From Actinomycetes bacterium (GTDB taxonomy: Bacteria > Actinomycetota > Actinomycetes > S36-B12 > UBA5976), in NCBI GenBank assembly GCA_037137575.1, contig JBAXKB010000005.1, positions 1 through 59,974 on the forward strand: a DNA stretch of 59,974 bases, written 5' to 3'. Under the pieces are notes generated by a model. It saw only the letters and a program-made list of their open reading frames with translations. It did no database searches and was not told the DNA's origin. Of this stretch, positions 59,870-59,974 are shown one piece after another (the stretch's first letter is position 1; each line of letters opens with the position of its first letter). The translations under genes were made by a program, and so were the position numbers.

Positions 59870-59974
59870 ATGGAAAGACAGAAACAGTCTTCGCGTAGGC
59901 GTTCGAGTGCTTCTGATTCTTCGAGCCGTTCTAGTACTCCTGGTTCTTCGAGCCGTTCTGGTTCTTCTAGTTCT
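59870..59974 (+). CDS. 5' part of a Ser/Arg-rich low-complexity ORF (truncated by the window end)
   Basis: ATG after AGGCGG; hand translation MERQKQSSRRRSSASDSSSRSSTPGSSSRSGSSSS. The opposite strand is also open (Arg/Thr-rich) but would use mostly AGA codons, which look rare elsewhere in this window. Confidence 0.3.
   Translation, partial: MERQKQSSRRRSSASDSSSRSSTPGSSSRSGSSSS
59915..59968 (+). repeat. two tandem 27-nt units (9-aa repeat)
   Basis: GATTCTTCGAGCCGTTCTAGTACTCCT and GGTTCTTCGAGCCGTTCTGGTTCTTCT are adjacent and in frame. Confidence 0.85.

Overview
This window is a gene-dense, almost entirely plus-strand stretch of Actinobacteria-type core genome. From memory, the gene order matches the Mycobacterium tuberculosis Rv2462c to Rv2343c region: tig-clpP1-clpP2-clpX, valS/folC/ndk, a radical-SAM pair plus rne, rplU-rpmA-obg-proB-proA, nadD-rsfS, leuS, comEA-comEC-holA, rpsT, lepA-hemW, hrcA-dnaJ-rsmE, phoH-ybeY-era, recO-uppS, glyQS, dus, dgt-dnaG. 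I support about 62 protein genes and 4 tRNAs (Gly-UCC, Pro-UGG, Ala-GGC, Asn-GUU). I also call one CIRCE operator, a few intrinsic terminators, and a set of -10 elements placed 6-7 nt before start codons. Intergenic space is minimal, with many 1-11 nt same-strand overlaps and three convergent overlaps, which suggests a streamlined genome. I found no rRNA, CRISPR array, integrase, transposase, prophage or recognisable defence island. I do not see a convincing novel multi-gene system. Three segments depart from the conserved order: a three-gene metabolic cassette after tRNA-Ala (22.5-26.1 kb), a ZIP transporter/ABM pair (47.2-48.3 kb), and a nucleoside/nucleobase salvage plus ABC block after tRNA-Asn (54.7-59.8 kb). 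The points most worth follow-up are modest. They are a repeated leaderless-promoter geometry, a 31-codon membrane sORF apparently coupled to nadD, an Ala/Lys/Pro-rich tail on ribosomal protein L21, a cytidine-deaminase-fold protein lacking Zn ligands next to era, tRNA-Gly fragments at the left edge, and a repeat-rich Ser/Arg ORF cut off by the right edge. All similarity statements are by-eye recognition. No searches or statistics were run.
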